NCBI RefSeq assembly: GCF_036323395.1
Contig: NZ_AP028907.1
Span: 300,001 to 332,000, forward strand
Direction of reading: 5' to 3'
Length of the DNA: 32,000 nucleotides
Source of the DNA: Pyrodictium abyssi
Lineage (GTDB): Archaea > Thermoproteota > Thermoprotei_A > Sulfolobales > Pyrodictiaceae
Of this stretch, positions 1-8,643 are shown piece by piece. The first letter of the stretch is position 1; each line of letters starts with the position of its first letter. Both the position numbers and the translations under genes were made by a program. Below the pieces are notes generated by a model, which was given only the letters and a program-made list of their open reading frames with translations, had not been told where the DNA came from and did no database searches.

Positions 1-974
1 ACTTTAGAGGCCATGTCGTGGAGATAGCCACTAGTACCGAGTTCGTGAAGGATAAGGAGGAGTTCTACAAGCTTCTACACGAGTTCACAATAGAGACAAC
101 TAGGAGGAAGCTACGCCGTGCAGCACAGAAGCGTGACCTGCTGGCAGCCCAGGCGATAAGAGCTATAGACGACATAGACAAGACGACCAACCTATTCGCC
201 GCCAGGCTCCGCGAGTGGTACAGCCTACACTTCCCGGAGCTAGACGACCTCGTACGCGAGCACGAGGACTACGTCAAGATAGTAGCTGAGCTCGGCCACC
301 GCGACAACATAATAGTTGAGAACCTCGTCAAGCTGGGCTTCAGTGAGGAGAAGGCGAAGAAGATAGCAGAGGCGGCGGCAAAGAGTATGGGTGCGGACTA
401 CCCGGAGTTCGACATAGAGCCCATGCAGAGACTCGCTAGGATAACCCTAGAGCTATACAAGCTACGCAGAGACCTCTCAGAGTACATAGCCCAGGTGATG
501 AAGGAGGTAGCGCCAAACATAACAGCGCTCGTTGGTCCACTGCTGGGTGCACGCCTCATAAGCCTGGCTGGCGGTCTAGAGGAGCTAGCCTACTTGCCAG
601 CAAGCACTATACAGGTACTAGGCGCCGAGAAGGCCCTCTTCCGTGCTCTAAGGACTGGAGGCAAGCCGCCAAAGCACGGTGTAATATTCCAGTACCCGGA
701 CATACACCGCAGCCCGCGCTGGCAGCGTGGTAAGATAGCTAGGGCACTAGCCGCTAAACTCGCTATAGCTGCTAAGGTAGACTACTTCACAGGCAGATTC
801 ATCGGTGACAAGCTAAAGGAGGCGCTACGGAAGAGGATAGAGGAGATAAAGAGGATATACAAGAAGCCGCCAAAGAGGAAGGAAATCAAGCCGGCAAAGC
901 CTGCAAAGCCAGCCCGCCCGGCCCGTGGTAGGAAGGGCAAGAAGGGTAGGAAGGGCAAGGGTAAGAGAAGGTAG
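1..974 (+). CDS. nop5: Nop5/Nop56-like C/D box sRNP core protein, 5' truncated by window edge
   Basis: ORF track starts at GTG 18, but the frame stays open to the edge (..[14 protein letters not shown]). Nop domain signature '[46 protein letters not shown]' and Lys-rich C-terminal tail. Confidence 0.95.
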   Translation, partial: FRGHVVEIATSTEFVKDKEEFYKLLHEFTIETTRRKLRRAAQKRDLLAAQAIRAIDDIDKTTNLFAARLREWYSLHFPELDDLVREHEDYVKIVAELGHRDNIIVENLVKLGFSEEKAKKIAEAAAKSMGADYPEFDIEPMQRLARITLELYKLRRDLSEYIAQVMKEVAPNITALVGPLLGARLISLAGGLEELAYLPASTIQVLGAEKALFRALRTGGKPPKHGVIFQYPDIHRSPRWQRGKIARALAAKLAIAAKVDYFTGRFIGDKLKEALRKRIEEIKRIYKKPPKRKEIKPAKPAKPARPARGRKGKKGRKGKGKRR

Positions 975-1052
975 GATTCTCCGAGTTTTGATATATTAAT
1001 CCTTCATTCATTGTGGGGTAGTTGTTAAGTATACGTGATTGGGTGAACGGAT

Positions 1053-1760
1053 ATGGTAGAGGTAGTAAATGTTTACGAGCATGAGCGCTACAAGGGCGTC
1101 TATGTAGTCGAACTCGAGGACGGCTCTACGAGGCTGGCAACAGTAAACCTAGCGCCGGGGAAGAGGGTTTACGGCGAGAGACTCTTCAAGTGGGAGGACA
1201 AGGAGCTCCGTGAGTGGAATCCGTACCGTAGCAAGCTTGCTGCAGCGCTGCTCAAGGGTATAGAGGAGCTGCCAATCAAGCCGGGGCACCGCATACTATA
1301 CCTCGGTGCGGCTACGGGTACGACACCCAGCCATGTATCCGACATAATAGGTCTGGAGGGCAAGATCTACGCACTCGACGTAGCGCCGCGTGTGATGAGG
1401 GAGCTGATTGCCGTCTGTGAGACAAGGCCTAACATGCTCCCGCTACTGGCGGATGCTAAGAAGCCTTACGAGTATCGCCACATAGTAGAACTCGTTGACG
1501 GCATTTACGCTGACGTAGCGCAGCCGGAACAAGCAGAGATAGTGGCCGATAACGCGGACTTCTTCCTAAAAGAGGGCGGCTACCTCCTGCTAGCAATAAA
1601 GGCTAGGAGCATTGACGTAACAAAGGAGCCAAGCGAAGTATTCCGCAACCAGATAGAGGTGCTAAAGAACCGTGGCTTCGAGATAGTAGACATGGTCCAT
1701 CTAGAGCCCTTCGACAAGGACCACGCTATGGTATATGCCCGCTACAAGCCTCAGAAGTAG
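1053..1760 (+). CDS. flpA: Fibrillarin-like rRNA/tRNA 2'-O-methyltransferase
   Basis: 'YLGAATGTTPSHVSDIIGLEGKIYALDVAPRVMRELI' SAM-binding region; directly downstream of nop5. Confidence 0.96.
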   Translation: MVEVVNVYEHERYKGVYVVELEDGSTRLATVNLAPGKRVYGERLFKWEDKELREWNPYRSKLAAALLKGIEELPIKPGHRILYLGAATGTTPSHVSDIIGLEGKIYALDVAPRVMRELIAVCETRPNMLPLLADAKKPYEYRHIVELVDGIYADVAQPEQAEIVADNADFFLKEGGYLLLAIKARSIDVTKEPSEVFRNQIEVLKNRGFEIVDMVHLEPFDKDHAMVYARYKPQK

Positions 1761-1792
1761 AGAACTACGCTTCTAACCATATTTTAGCTTCA

Positions 1793-1857
1793 AGCGTTAC
1801 TGTTTGGGTCAACCCTCCTGTAGAGGATTCCTCCCACCGGTGCAGGAGCATAACGCT
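1793..1857 (+). other. Nested inverted repeats / candidate structured RNA downstream of fibrillarin
   Basis: AGCGTTA (1793-1799)/TAACGCT (1851-1857) encloses CTCCTG (1815-1820)/CAGGAG (1843-1848), with inner GAGG-ATT-CCTC. Confidence 0.3.
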
Positions 1858-1944
1858 AAATAGCAATGTCTAGAAGTGCTAACACAGCGTATACTATATT
1901 TCTGGTGTAGTAGACCGTAGCTTGGGTAGACAGGATCACTTGTT

Positions 1945-1959
1945 GTACACGTGGTGTAC
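1945..1959. promoter_or_regulatory. Inverted repeat GTACAC-gtg-GTGTAC upstream of DUF61 gene
   Basis: Perfect 6-bp arms, ending 17 nt before the ATG at 1977. Confidence 0.3.
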
Positions 1960-1976
1960 GTGATAAGGGATAGACT

Positions 1977-2411
1977 ATGGCCTACGCTGGAGAAAGACTA
2001 CATCGTTACATATACCATAAGGCGTATAGAGATAAACAATTCTTCGAGTCGCATCGTCCCGCTGAATACAAGAGTCTAGCACAGCTTGTAGGCGAAGAAA
2101 ACCCTGGTATACGGCTAGTGTCTGGACAGTATCACGTATTTGATAAGTCTGAGATAGAGTTGCTAAGTAGTGTACTTCCCTGGTACATGCATAATCTGGT
2201 TAAGCTACCATTCTTCTTCATGTACATGCGCGTAGGCCATGTAGGACGCTATAAGCTTGTGGGCCCGGACCGTTGGGCAGCAAGAGCATTAGGCTATATC
2301 CTAGAGGAGGATATTACAAAGGAAAAGTGGGAGCTTAGTGGGAGCGAGATGCGGCAACTGCTCTCGTCGTTTAAAACTCTTATAATAGTCTCTTTATCAA
2401 TTTCACTGTAA
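1977..2411 (+). CDS. DUF61/UPF0216-like archaeal protein
   Basis: ORF of 144 aa; overall pattern 'LPWYMHNLVKLPFFFMYMRVGHVGRYKLVGPDRWAARALGYIL' resembles the UPF0216 family. Confidence 0.65.
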   Translation: MAYAGERLHRYIYHKAYRDKQFFESHRPAEYKSLAQLVGEENPGIRLVSGQYHVFDKSEIELLSSVLPWYMHNLVKLPFFFMYMRVGHVGRYKLVGPDRWAARALGYILEEDITKEKWELSGSEMRQLLSSFKTLIIVSLSISL

Positions 2412-2436
2412 ACAACGGGGCGGGGTTAGGGAAGCG

Positions 2437-3414
2437 ATGAAGTCAGTAGAGGACGTACTGTGGGAAACCATAAGGACGCTACAGATGTATGGCTATAGTG
2501 TCGATAAGGTAGTGTACCCAGAGGACCCCAGAAAACGCAGCATAGACGTAGTGGCATCACGCAACGGCGAAAGCCCGCTGCTCGTAAAGATTGTCGAGGA
2601 TACAGCGCAGCTACAGTCCAGGGAGCTTAGAGAGCTCAGGGAGTGTAGCCTGCTGCTGGACGCAGCGGGCCTGGTAGTAGCTAACAAAGATGGTGGTGTA
2701 GAGATAGACTACATGGTCGCCCACGAGCGGTCGGGCGTCTACGTAGTAAGCGCGGCTGGGCTAGAAGCGGCTCTCAACAACTCTATCTACGTGGTCAAGA
2801 GGCAGGGCAACTACTACATGAGGGTGGATGGTGAGAAGCTTAGAGAAGAACGGATGCGCAAAGGCTACAGCCTTGGCGACCTAGCGGCTATGCTGAGCGT
2901 CAGCCGTAGGAGCGTGTATATGTACGAGCAAGAGGAGGTGGACATATCACTAAATACAGCCCTTAGGCTAATGGACATATTCGGCGAGGATGTGTTTAAA
3001 CCAATACCAATACTCCATGAGAAGCTAGAGCAGAAACGCGTACCGAGGCTTCCAAGACGGAGAGTAGGAAATGAGTCGTCTGAGGCCGGAAAGGCTATAG
3101 AGACTATAGTCCGGGCTGGCGGAGAGGCTGTTGAGACTAAGCGTATACCACCAGACGTAGTGGCAAGGCTTGGAGACGACAAAATGCTAATAGTTATAGA
3201 GCGACGGCGTGAACGTAGGCTCGAGAAAAGGGTATATGAGGCCGCTAAGGTGGCTATGAAGGTAGTTGCAAAGGTAATAGCTATCACGCAGCGGCGCGAA
3301 TACCGCGCAGAGCTAGAAGATTACGGGGTCAACATATACACCAGTTTTGAGGAATTTGTATCCGAAGTCGGCGTCGAAGAAGCCAAAAAGATGCACAACA
3401 GCAACAGCTCTTAA
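2437..3414 (+). CDS. Archaeal HTH-type regulator with N-terminal nuclease-like domain and XRE-type HTH
   Basis: 'LREERMRKGYSLGDLAAMLSVSRRSVYMYEQEEVDISLNTALRLMDIFGEDVFKPIPIL' HTH; N-terminal 'SIDVVASRNGESPLLVKIVED'. Confidence 0.85.
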   Translation: MKSVEDVLWETIRTLQMYGYSVDKVVYPEDPRKRSIDVVASRNGESPLLVKIVEDTAQLQSRELRELRECSLLLDAAGLVVANKDGGVEIDYMVAHERSGVYVVSAAGLEAALNNSIYVVKRQGNYYMRVDGEKLREERMRKGYSLGDLAAMLSVSRRSVYMYEQEEVDISLNTALRLMDIFGEDVFKPIPILHEKLEQKRVPRLPRRRVGNESSEAGKAIETIVRAGGEAVETKRIPPDVVARLGDDKMLIVIERRRERRLEKRVYEAAKVAMKVVAKVIAITQRREYRAELEDYGVNIYTSFEEFVSEVGVEEAKKMHNSNSS

Positions 3415-3452
3415 GAAGGCCTCCCTCTCCTCCGCCTCCTCCGGGAGCCTCA

Positions 3453-4781
3453 TTGGGGATAAGCCTGCGTAGCCGGATACACATAGCAGAACTACTCGAC
3501 AAGGGCGAGGTAGGAAAGGAGTACACTGTAGCCGGGTGGGTAGACACAGTAAGAGCCCACGGCGGCATAGTATTCGTTGTCCTACGCGACCGTACCGGAA
3601 AGATACAGCTGGTTGTAAAGAAGAACGTGTCAAAGGAGGCGTGGAAGACTGCAAAGAATCTTACACCTGAAAGCGTAATAGCAGCACGCGGAACACTCGT
3701 TGAGAGCAAGGCAGCTCTAGGAGGCCGTGAACTCGTAGTAGGCGAGCTCACAGTATACTCCAAGGCGGATGCACTCCCCATAGACATAAAGGACCATACA
3801 AAGACTATACTGGCAAAAAGGCTTGACTGGAGGTTCCTAGACCTACGTAACCCAAGGAACCTTCTAATCTTCCTCATAGAGGCCGAAATGGCTAGAGCAG
3901 CCAGGGAATGGTTCTACGAGCACGGCTTCGTGGAGATATTTACATCAAAGATAGTGGGCGCTGCTACAGAAGGCGGTGCAGAGGTATTCAGCATAGTCTA
4001 CTTCGATAAGCCAGCATTCCTGGCACAGTCTCCACAGCTCTACAAGCAGATGGGCGTAATAGCCGGGTTTGAGCGTGTCTTCGAGATAGGTCCAGCCTTC
4101 CGTGCAGAGCCGCACCACACTACACGTCACTTGACGGAGTACACGAGCCTAGACCTAGAGATGGGGTTCATAGACAGTTTCGAGGATGTGATGGACGCCG
4201 TAGAAGGCGTAGTACGCGCCATGATAAGGCGAGCTATATCAACCTATGGTAGCCAGATAAAAGAGTACTTCCCTAACGCCATACTCGAAGAGCCGAAGGA
4301 GATACCAAGAATAACCATCCGCGAGGCCTACAAACTACTCGAGTCAGCAGGAGTGGAAGTAGAATGGGGCGAAGACTTGAGCAGCGAGGGCGAGAGGAAG
4401 CTAGGTGAGATAATCGAACGCGAGTATGGCTCCCCGATGGTGTTCGTGACAGAGTACCCATGGCGTGCTAGACCCTTCTACACTATGAAGAAGCCAGACG
4501 ATCCAGAGTGGACTCTGAGCTTCGACCTGCTGTTCCGTGGACTCGAAATAGCGACAGGCGGGCAGCGCGAGCACCGGTACGAAGTACTAGTAAAGCAGAT
4601 AGAAGAGAAGGGTCTAAACCCTAGGAACTTCGAATGGTACCTCAACATGTTCCGCTTCGGGGCGCCTCCACATGGAGGTGCAGGTATAGGTCTTGAGAGA
4701 GTAGCCATGCAGCTACTAGGACTCGGCAATATACGCGAAGCCCGCCTACTGCCACGTGACCCAGAACGACTGACACCATAG
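3453..4781 (+). CDS. aspS: Aspartyl-tRNA(Asp/Asn) synthetase, archaeal type
   Basis: OB-fold N-terminus, class II motifs 'FLAQSPQLYKQMGVIAGFERVFEIGPAFRAEPHHTTRHLTEYTSLDLEMGF' and 'GGAGIGLERVAMQLLGLGNIREARLLPRDPERLTP'. TTG start proposed. Confidence 0.95.
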   Translation: MGISLRSRIHIAELLDKGEVGKEYTVAGWVDTVRAHGGIVFVVLRDRTGKIQLVVKKNVSKEAWKTAKNLTPESVIAARGTLVESKAALGGRELVVGELTVYSKADALPIDIKDHTKTILAKRLDWRFLDLRNPRNLLIFLIEAEMARAAREWFYEHGFVEIFTSKIVGAATEGGAEVFSIVYFDKPAFLAQSPQLYKQMGVIAGFERVFEIGPAFRAEPHHTTRHLTEYTSLDLEMGFIDSFEDVMDAVEGVVRAMIRRAISTYGSQIKEYFPNAILEEPKEIPRITIREAYKLLESAGVEVEWGEDLSSEGERKLGEIIEREYGSPMVFVTEYPWRARPFYTMKKPDDPEWTLSFDLLFRGLEIATGGQREHRYEVLVKQIEEKGLNPRNFEWYLNMFRFGAPPHGGAGIGLERVAMQLLGLGNIREARLLPRDPERLTP

Positions 4782-4899
4782 ACAGCGCTACATGCACAGT
4801 CTTTTCGGAACTCCAGCTATTTGGTAGGAGATGTATATAGGAATTCCAAATGTCAATGGATTTTCATAGGGCTGTAGAGGATCCATGTGTGGGATCTGG

Positions 4900-4966
4900 T
4901 CAGCCCCCAGCGCCTCTTCATCGACTAGGAGAAACTATTCATCTCCGCGTCGTCTAGCCTCATCAC
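4900..4966 (-). ncRNA. Weak candidate box C/D-like sRNA (antisense strand, intergenic)
   Basis: Minus-strand GTGATGA (4966-4960), 12 nt, CGGA (4947-4944), later TCGATGA-like box and CTGA (4903-4900). Spacing is atypical. Confidence 0.2.
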
Positions 4967-5023
4967 GCCGCTAGGAAGCTCCGAGAGAATCATTATTAAT
5001 GGTTATCGAAGGCGGATGTTTAA

Positions 5024-6289
5024 ATGGGGTTAATAATGCACCATGGATCTAAAAGGCACACTGTAGCTATTCACCGAAGCTGGCCATTCGACGAGAAACC
5101 CCTCCTAATCTTCTGGGAGACCACTAAGGCGTGTATGCTTGCATGCAAGCACTGCCGTGCATCAGCTATACTCGAGCCTCTCCCAGGCGAGCTAAGCCAT
5201 GAAGAAGGAATCAAGCTTATAGACGATATTGCGGGTTTTGGTAAGCCTTCCCCTATACTCGTGTTTACTGGCGGCGATCCCTTAATGAGAAAGGACATCT
5301 GGAGCCTAGTGGCTAGAGCCAAGGAACACGATATAACCGTAGCCATGGCGCCAGCTATAACACCAAAGCTCACCGATGCCGAGATAAGAAGAATGGTTGA
5401 AATGGGCGTCAAGGGAATCAGTATAAGCCTTGATGGTAGCAGGCCCGAGATCCATGACCGTATACGCGGCGTACCTGGAGTCTTCAACAGGAGTATTGAG
5501 GTAATCCGCTCTATGCTGGATAGCGGTCTAAGAGTCCAGGTTAATACTGCAGTCATGAGAGACAATGTAGAGGACCTAGCCGACATGGTGAAACTATTGT
5601 ATGACCTGGGCGTCCGTGTATGGGAAGTCTTCTACCTCATACCTGTTGGCCGTGCGCAAAAAGACCTAGACCTCACGCCCAAGGAGTGGGAGGACGTGAG
5701 CCACTTCCTATACGAGGCGTCTAAGTACGGTATAGTAGTGCGCACAACCGAGGGACCCATGTTCAGACGTATAGCGCTCACACGCAGACTACTCGAGCTA
5801 CACGGCTACAACCCTGACGAAGTCCTCAACCCCGGCCCTCTATACCATAAGCTCGTTTCGAGGCTACGCAGCCTCCTCGGAGAGCCCAGAGATAAGCCTC
5901 TAGCATCAACTACTGGGACGCGAGACGGCAAAGGCATAGTATTCATATCGCATGACGGACTCGTATACCCCAGCGGCTTCATGCCCTATCCTGTGGGCAA
6001 TGTAAGGAAAGAGAGCATAGTCAAGATATACCGGGAAAACAGCCTAATGAAGAAGATACGCGCAGCGGAGTTCAAAGGCAGGTGTGGCGTCTGCGAATTC
6101 CGCGATATATGCGGCGGTAGTAGAGCACGTGCGTACACAGTACTCGGTGACCCTCTAGCAGAAGACCCCGCCTGCCCATACAGCCCTGGCGAGTTTACAA
6201 GACTAGTAGAGAAGCTAGGACTAGACACGGAGAAGGCTGTGGACGAGATAGAAGGGCTAAAACACGTGCTCCCACCCAAGCCTAAGTGA
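5024..6289 (+). CDS. Radical SAM/SPASM protein, AhbD/TIGR04053-like (candidate heme-pathway oxidative decarboxylase)
   Basis: 'FWETTKACMLACKHCRASA' CX3CX2C motif; SPASM 'CGVCEFRDICGGSRARAY'; neighbour of AhbAB- and AhbC-like genes. Alternative start ATG 5036. Confidence 0.8.
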   Translation: MGLIMHHGSKRHTVAIHRSWPFDEKPLLIFWETTKACMLACKHCRASAILEPLPGELSHEEGIKLIDDIAGFGKPSPILVFTGGDPLMRKDIWSLVARAKEHDITVAMAPAITPKLTDAEIRRMVEMGVKGISISLDGSRPEIHDRIRGVPGVFNRSIEVIRSMLDSGLRVQVNTAVMRDNVEDLADMVKLLYDLGVRVWEVFYLIPVGRAQKDLDLTPKEWEDVSHFLYEASKYGIVVRTTEGPMFRRIALTRRLLELHGYNPDEVLNPGPLYHKLVSRLRSLLGEPRDKPLASTTGTRDGKGIVFISHDGLVYPSGFMPYPVGNVRKESIVKIYRENSLMKKIRAAEFKGRCGVCEFRDICGGSRARAYTVLGDPLAEDPACPYSPGEFTRLVEKLGLDTEKAVDEIEGLKHVLPPKPK

Positions 6290-6323
6290 CGCATGCACCC
6301 ATTTTCTCCAGCTCCAGGACATC

Positions 6324-7343
6324 ATGGGTGTGTATGGCATGGGTAGATTCATTCCAGATATCGTGGAGAAGCTCGGCGGCGAACTAGTAGCTGAAGCGCT
6401 TATGGAGCTACAGTATAGGTTCCCTCTAACACCTACACCGTACCATGATGTAGCCGAGAGGCTGGGCATCGGCGTGGCCGAGCTCCTGGACATGTTGAAG
6501 ACGCTGAAGGAGAAGCGTATACTGAAGCGTATAGGCTTCTACCTAAACTATAGAGCGGCTAGGAAGCGAGCAGCACTAATAGCAATAGAGGCCGACAAGC
6601 CCAGAGAAGCAACAAGGTACCTTGCAGGAGTCCTAGAGGTTACACACAGCTACCTACGAGACCACCCGGTCTACAATCTATGGGTTGTAGGAAAGCATGA
6701 GGACCCCGAAAAGATAGTAGAGGCTGCACAGAAGGCAGCAGAACAATACGGCAGTGGTAGGTGGCTGGTACTCTGGGGGGAGAAAACCCTCCGGCTTAGC
6801 GTAAAATACGATCTAGAGAAGGGCGTCAGCAGAGCTGGCCCGCTTAGCAGTGTTGCAGCTAACCCACCCAAGCCAGAGGATATAGGCTACAGCATGGCTC
6901 TCGTCCGCGCGCTACGTGTGCTGCCACTGGAGGAGCGCCCATACGCGGTGATAGCTAACCGGCTCGGGCTCACAGAAGAACAGGTTGTAGCAGCAATGCG
7001 CGAGATGCTAGAGAAAGGCATACTGGGTGACCCTGGAGCGGCTCTGGACGGCCATAGACTGGGCTTCGTATACAATGGCATGGTTACGCTAGCACCTAGA
7101 GACATGGAGCAGCTAGACATGCTATGCCAGTGGGTTGTAGACAACGTTGAGGAAGCCACCCACGTGGTCAAGCGCTCAGTGACTCCACCCGGGAGCTGGA
7201 GGCACCTATGCTACTTCATGGTGCACGCCGTCGACCAGGAGAAGGTAAAGCAGGTCCTAAGACGGCTGGAGAACTGCCCGTACCTCGATGATTACATGGT
7301 AATCAAGAGTCTAGAGGACTTGCTCCCTGGCGTAATAAGATAG
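6324..7343 (+). CDS. Siroheme decarboxylase-like protein, tandem AhbA-AhbB-type Lrp/AsnC domains in one chain
   Basis: Two repeats: 'RFPLTPTPYHDVAERLGIGVAELLDMLKTLKEKRILKRIGFYLNYRA..THSYLRDHPVYNLWVV' and 'LPLEERPYAVIANRLGLTEEQVVAAMREMLEKGIL..ATHVVKR..LDDYMVIKSLEDL'. Confidence 0.85.
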   Translation: MGVYGMGRFIPDIVEKLGGELVAEALMELQYRFPLTPTPYHDVAERLGIGVAELLDMLKTLKEKRILKRIGFYLNYRAARKRAALIAIEADKPREATRYLAGVLEVTHSYLRDHPVYNLWVVGKHEDPEKIVEAAQKAAEQYGSGRWLVLWGEKTLRLSVKYDLEKGVSRAGPLSSVAANPPKPEDIGYSMALVRALRVLPLEERPYAVIANRLGLTEEQVVAAMREMLEKGILGDPGAALDGHRLGFVYNGMVTLAPRDMEQLDMLCQWVVDNVEEATHVVKRSVTPPGSWRHLCYFMVHAVDQEKVKQVLRRLENCPYLDDYMVIKSLEDLLPGVIR

Positions 7344-7351
7344 GCGAATAA

Positions 7352-7373
7352 TCACGTTATTTTAACTACGTGA
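7352..7373. promoter_or_regulatory. Inverted repeat TCACGT-N10-ACGTGA flanking TATA-like TTATTTTAA upstream of ahbC-like gene
   Basis: Perfect 6-bp arms with AT-rich centre, 38 nt upstream of the start at 7411. Confidence 0.4.
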
Positions 7374-7410
7374 GGATGTATGCATAAAGCGTGTAAGAGG
7401 TGCGTCGTAG

Positions 7411-8598
7411 GTGATACCTGTCACTGTAATGGTCGCGGGTAAGGGCACTGTATCAACACGTATAAAGGGGCATTACGGGCCCAAAAAGCCGTCTCGGTTC
7501 TCAGACGTTCTCAGGCCTATAGTGTTTTGGAATATAACGTACCAGTGTAATCTAAAGTGCGCGCACTGCTACATAAATGCTATTCAGAATAGGCTGCCCA
7601 AGGAGATGTCCACTGAAGAGGCACGTAGACTATCAGAGGAAATGGTAGAGATGGGCATACCCCTGGTCGTGGTAACTGGCGGCGAGCCTCTAGTGAGAGA
7701 AGACTTCTGGGAGATAATGGAGCCCATGGCTAACAAGCGGAGACCTCGTCTATCCCTTAGCACGAATGGCACACTGATAACGCGTGACGTGGCGGAGAGG
7801 CTAGCATCCTATGGCTTCGTGTATGTAGGGATCTCTATAGATAGCGTCAAGCCAGGATGGCATGACAAGTTCCGAGGAGTAGAGGGGGCATTTGAGGCTA
7901 CACTGCGCGGCATAAAGAACAGTATAGATGCAGGGATAGACGTCGGCATAAGAACAACAATAACTAGGTACAACGTTAGGGAGGTCCCGGAGATTCTACG
8001 CTGGTCCTACGACATGGGTATAAAGAGGATAAGCCTCTACATACTAGACACTGTAGGCCGTGGCACTGGGATAAAGGACTGGCTTCCAACCCATGAGCAG
8101 CTGAAATGGCTAGCAGACATACTCGTAGACGAGGCTAGGAAGTACGCAGACGCAATGGAGATACTCATAGTCAGAGGCCAGTTCATGGGCATATACATAG
8201 CTGACAAGCTCTCAAAGTCCAACGAGGAATTCATAGAATATATAAAGATGCTTGATGCGCAGGGCAACTGTGGGAGAAAAAGCGTAAGTATATACCCTGA
8301 CGGCTCGGTAAAGCCCTGCCAGTTCGTGGACTGGGTAAGCCTAGGCAATGTACGCGAGAAGAGGCTACGCGAAATACTAAACCCAGACAATCCTGCTCTC
8401 AAACCATTCCTCGAAATCGAAAAGCACCTACGCGGCCCTAAGTGTAGCAGCTGTGCGTTCCGCCGTATATGCGGTGGAGGAAGCCGTGGAAGAGCATTGG
8501 AAATCTATGGTGACGAGTGGGGAGACGACCCGCTCTGCTTCATAGACCCCGTTGATATAGCTAGAAGGAGGGGGATAGACTCTACAAGCATTGTGTAG
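7411..8598 (+). CDS. ahbC: Radical SAM/SPASM protein, AhbC/NirJ-like
   Basis: 'SRFSDVLRPIVFWNITYQCNLKCAHCYINA', SPASM 'CSSCAFRRICGGGSRGRALEIYGD'; adjacent to the AhbAB-like gene. Confidence 0.8.
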   Translation: MIPVTVMVAGKGTVSTRIKGHYGPKKPSRFSDVLRPIVFWNITYQCNLKCAHCYINAIQNRLPKEMSTEEARRLSEEMVEMGIPLVVVTGGEPLVREDFWEIMEPMANKRRPRLSLSTNGTLITRDVAERLASYGFVYVGISIDSVKPGWHDKFRGVEGAFEATLRGIKNSIDAGIDVGIRTTITRYNVREVPEILRWSYDMGIKRISLYILDTVGRGTGIKDWLPTHEQLKWLADILVDEARKYADAMEILIVRGQFMGIYIADKLSKSNEEFIEYIKMLDAQGNCGRKSVSIYPDGSVKPCQFVDWVSLGNVREKRLREILNPDNPALKPFLEIEKHLRGPKCSSCAFRRICGGGSRGRALEIYGDEWGDDPLCFIDPVDIARRRGIDSTSIV

Positions 8599-8643
8599 CC
8601 AGCGGTGACCCCAGCGTCCTTAAAATATCTCCCGGTCACACTC

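Noticed and set aside
4273-4729. Minus-strand ORFs opposite aspS (and similar antisense ORFs throughout, e.g. 5071-5586, 8037-8402, 26395-27232)
   Set aside because: High-GC mirror ORFs with no family features and no free non-coding space; treated as artefacts.
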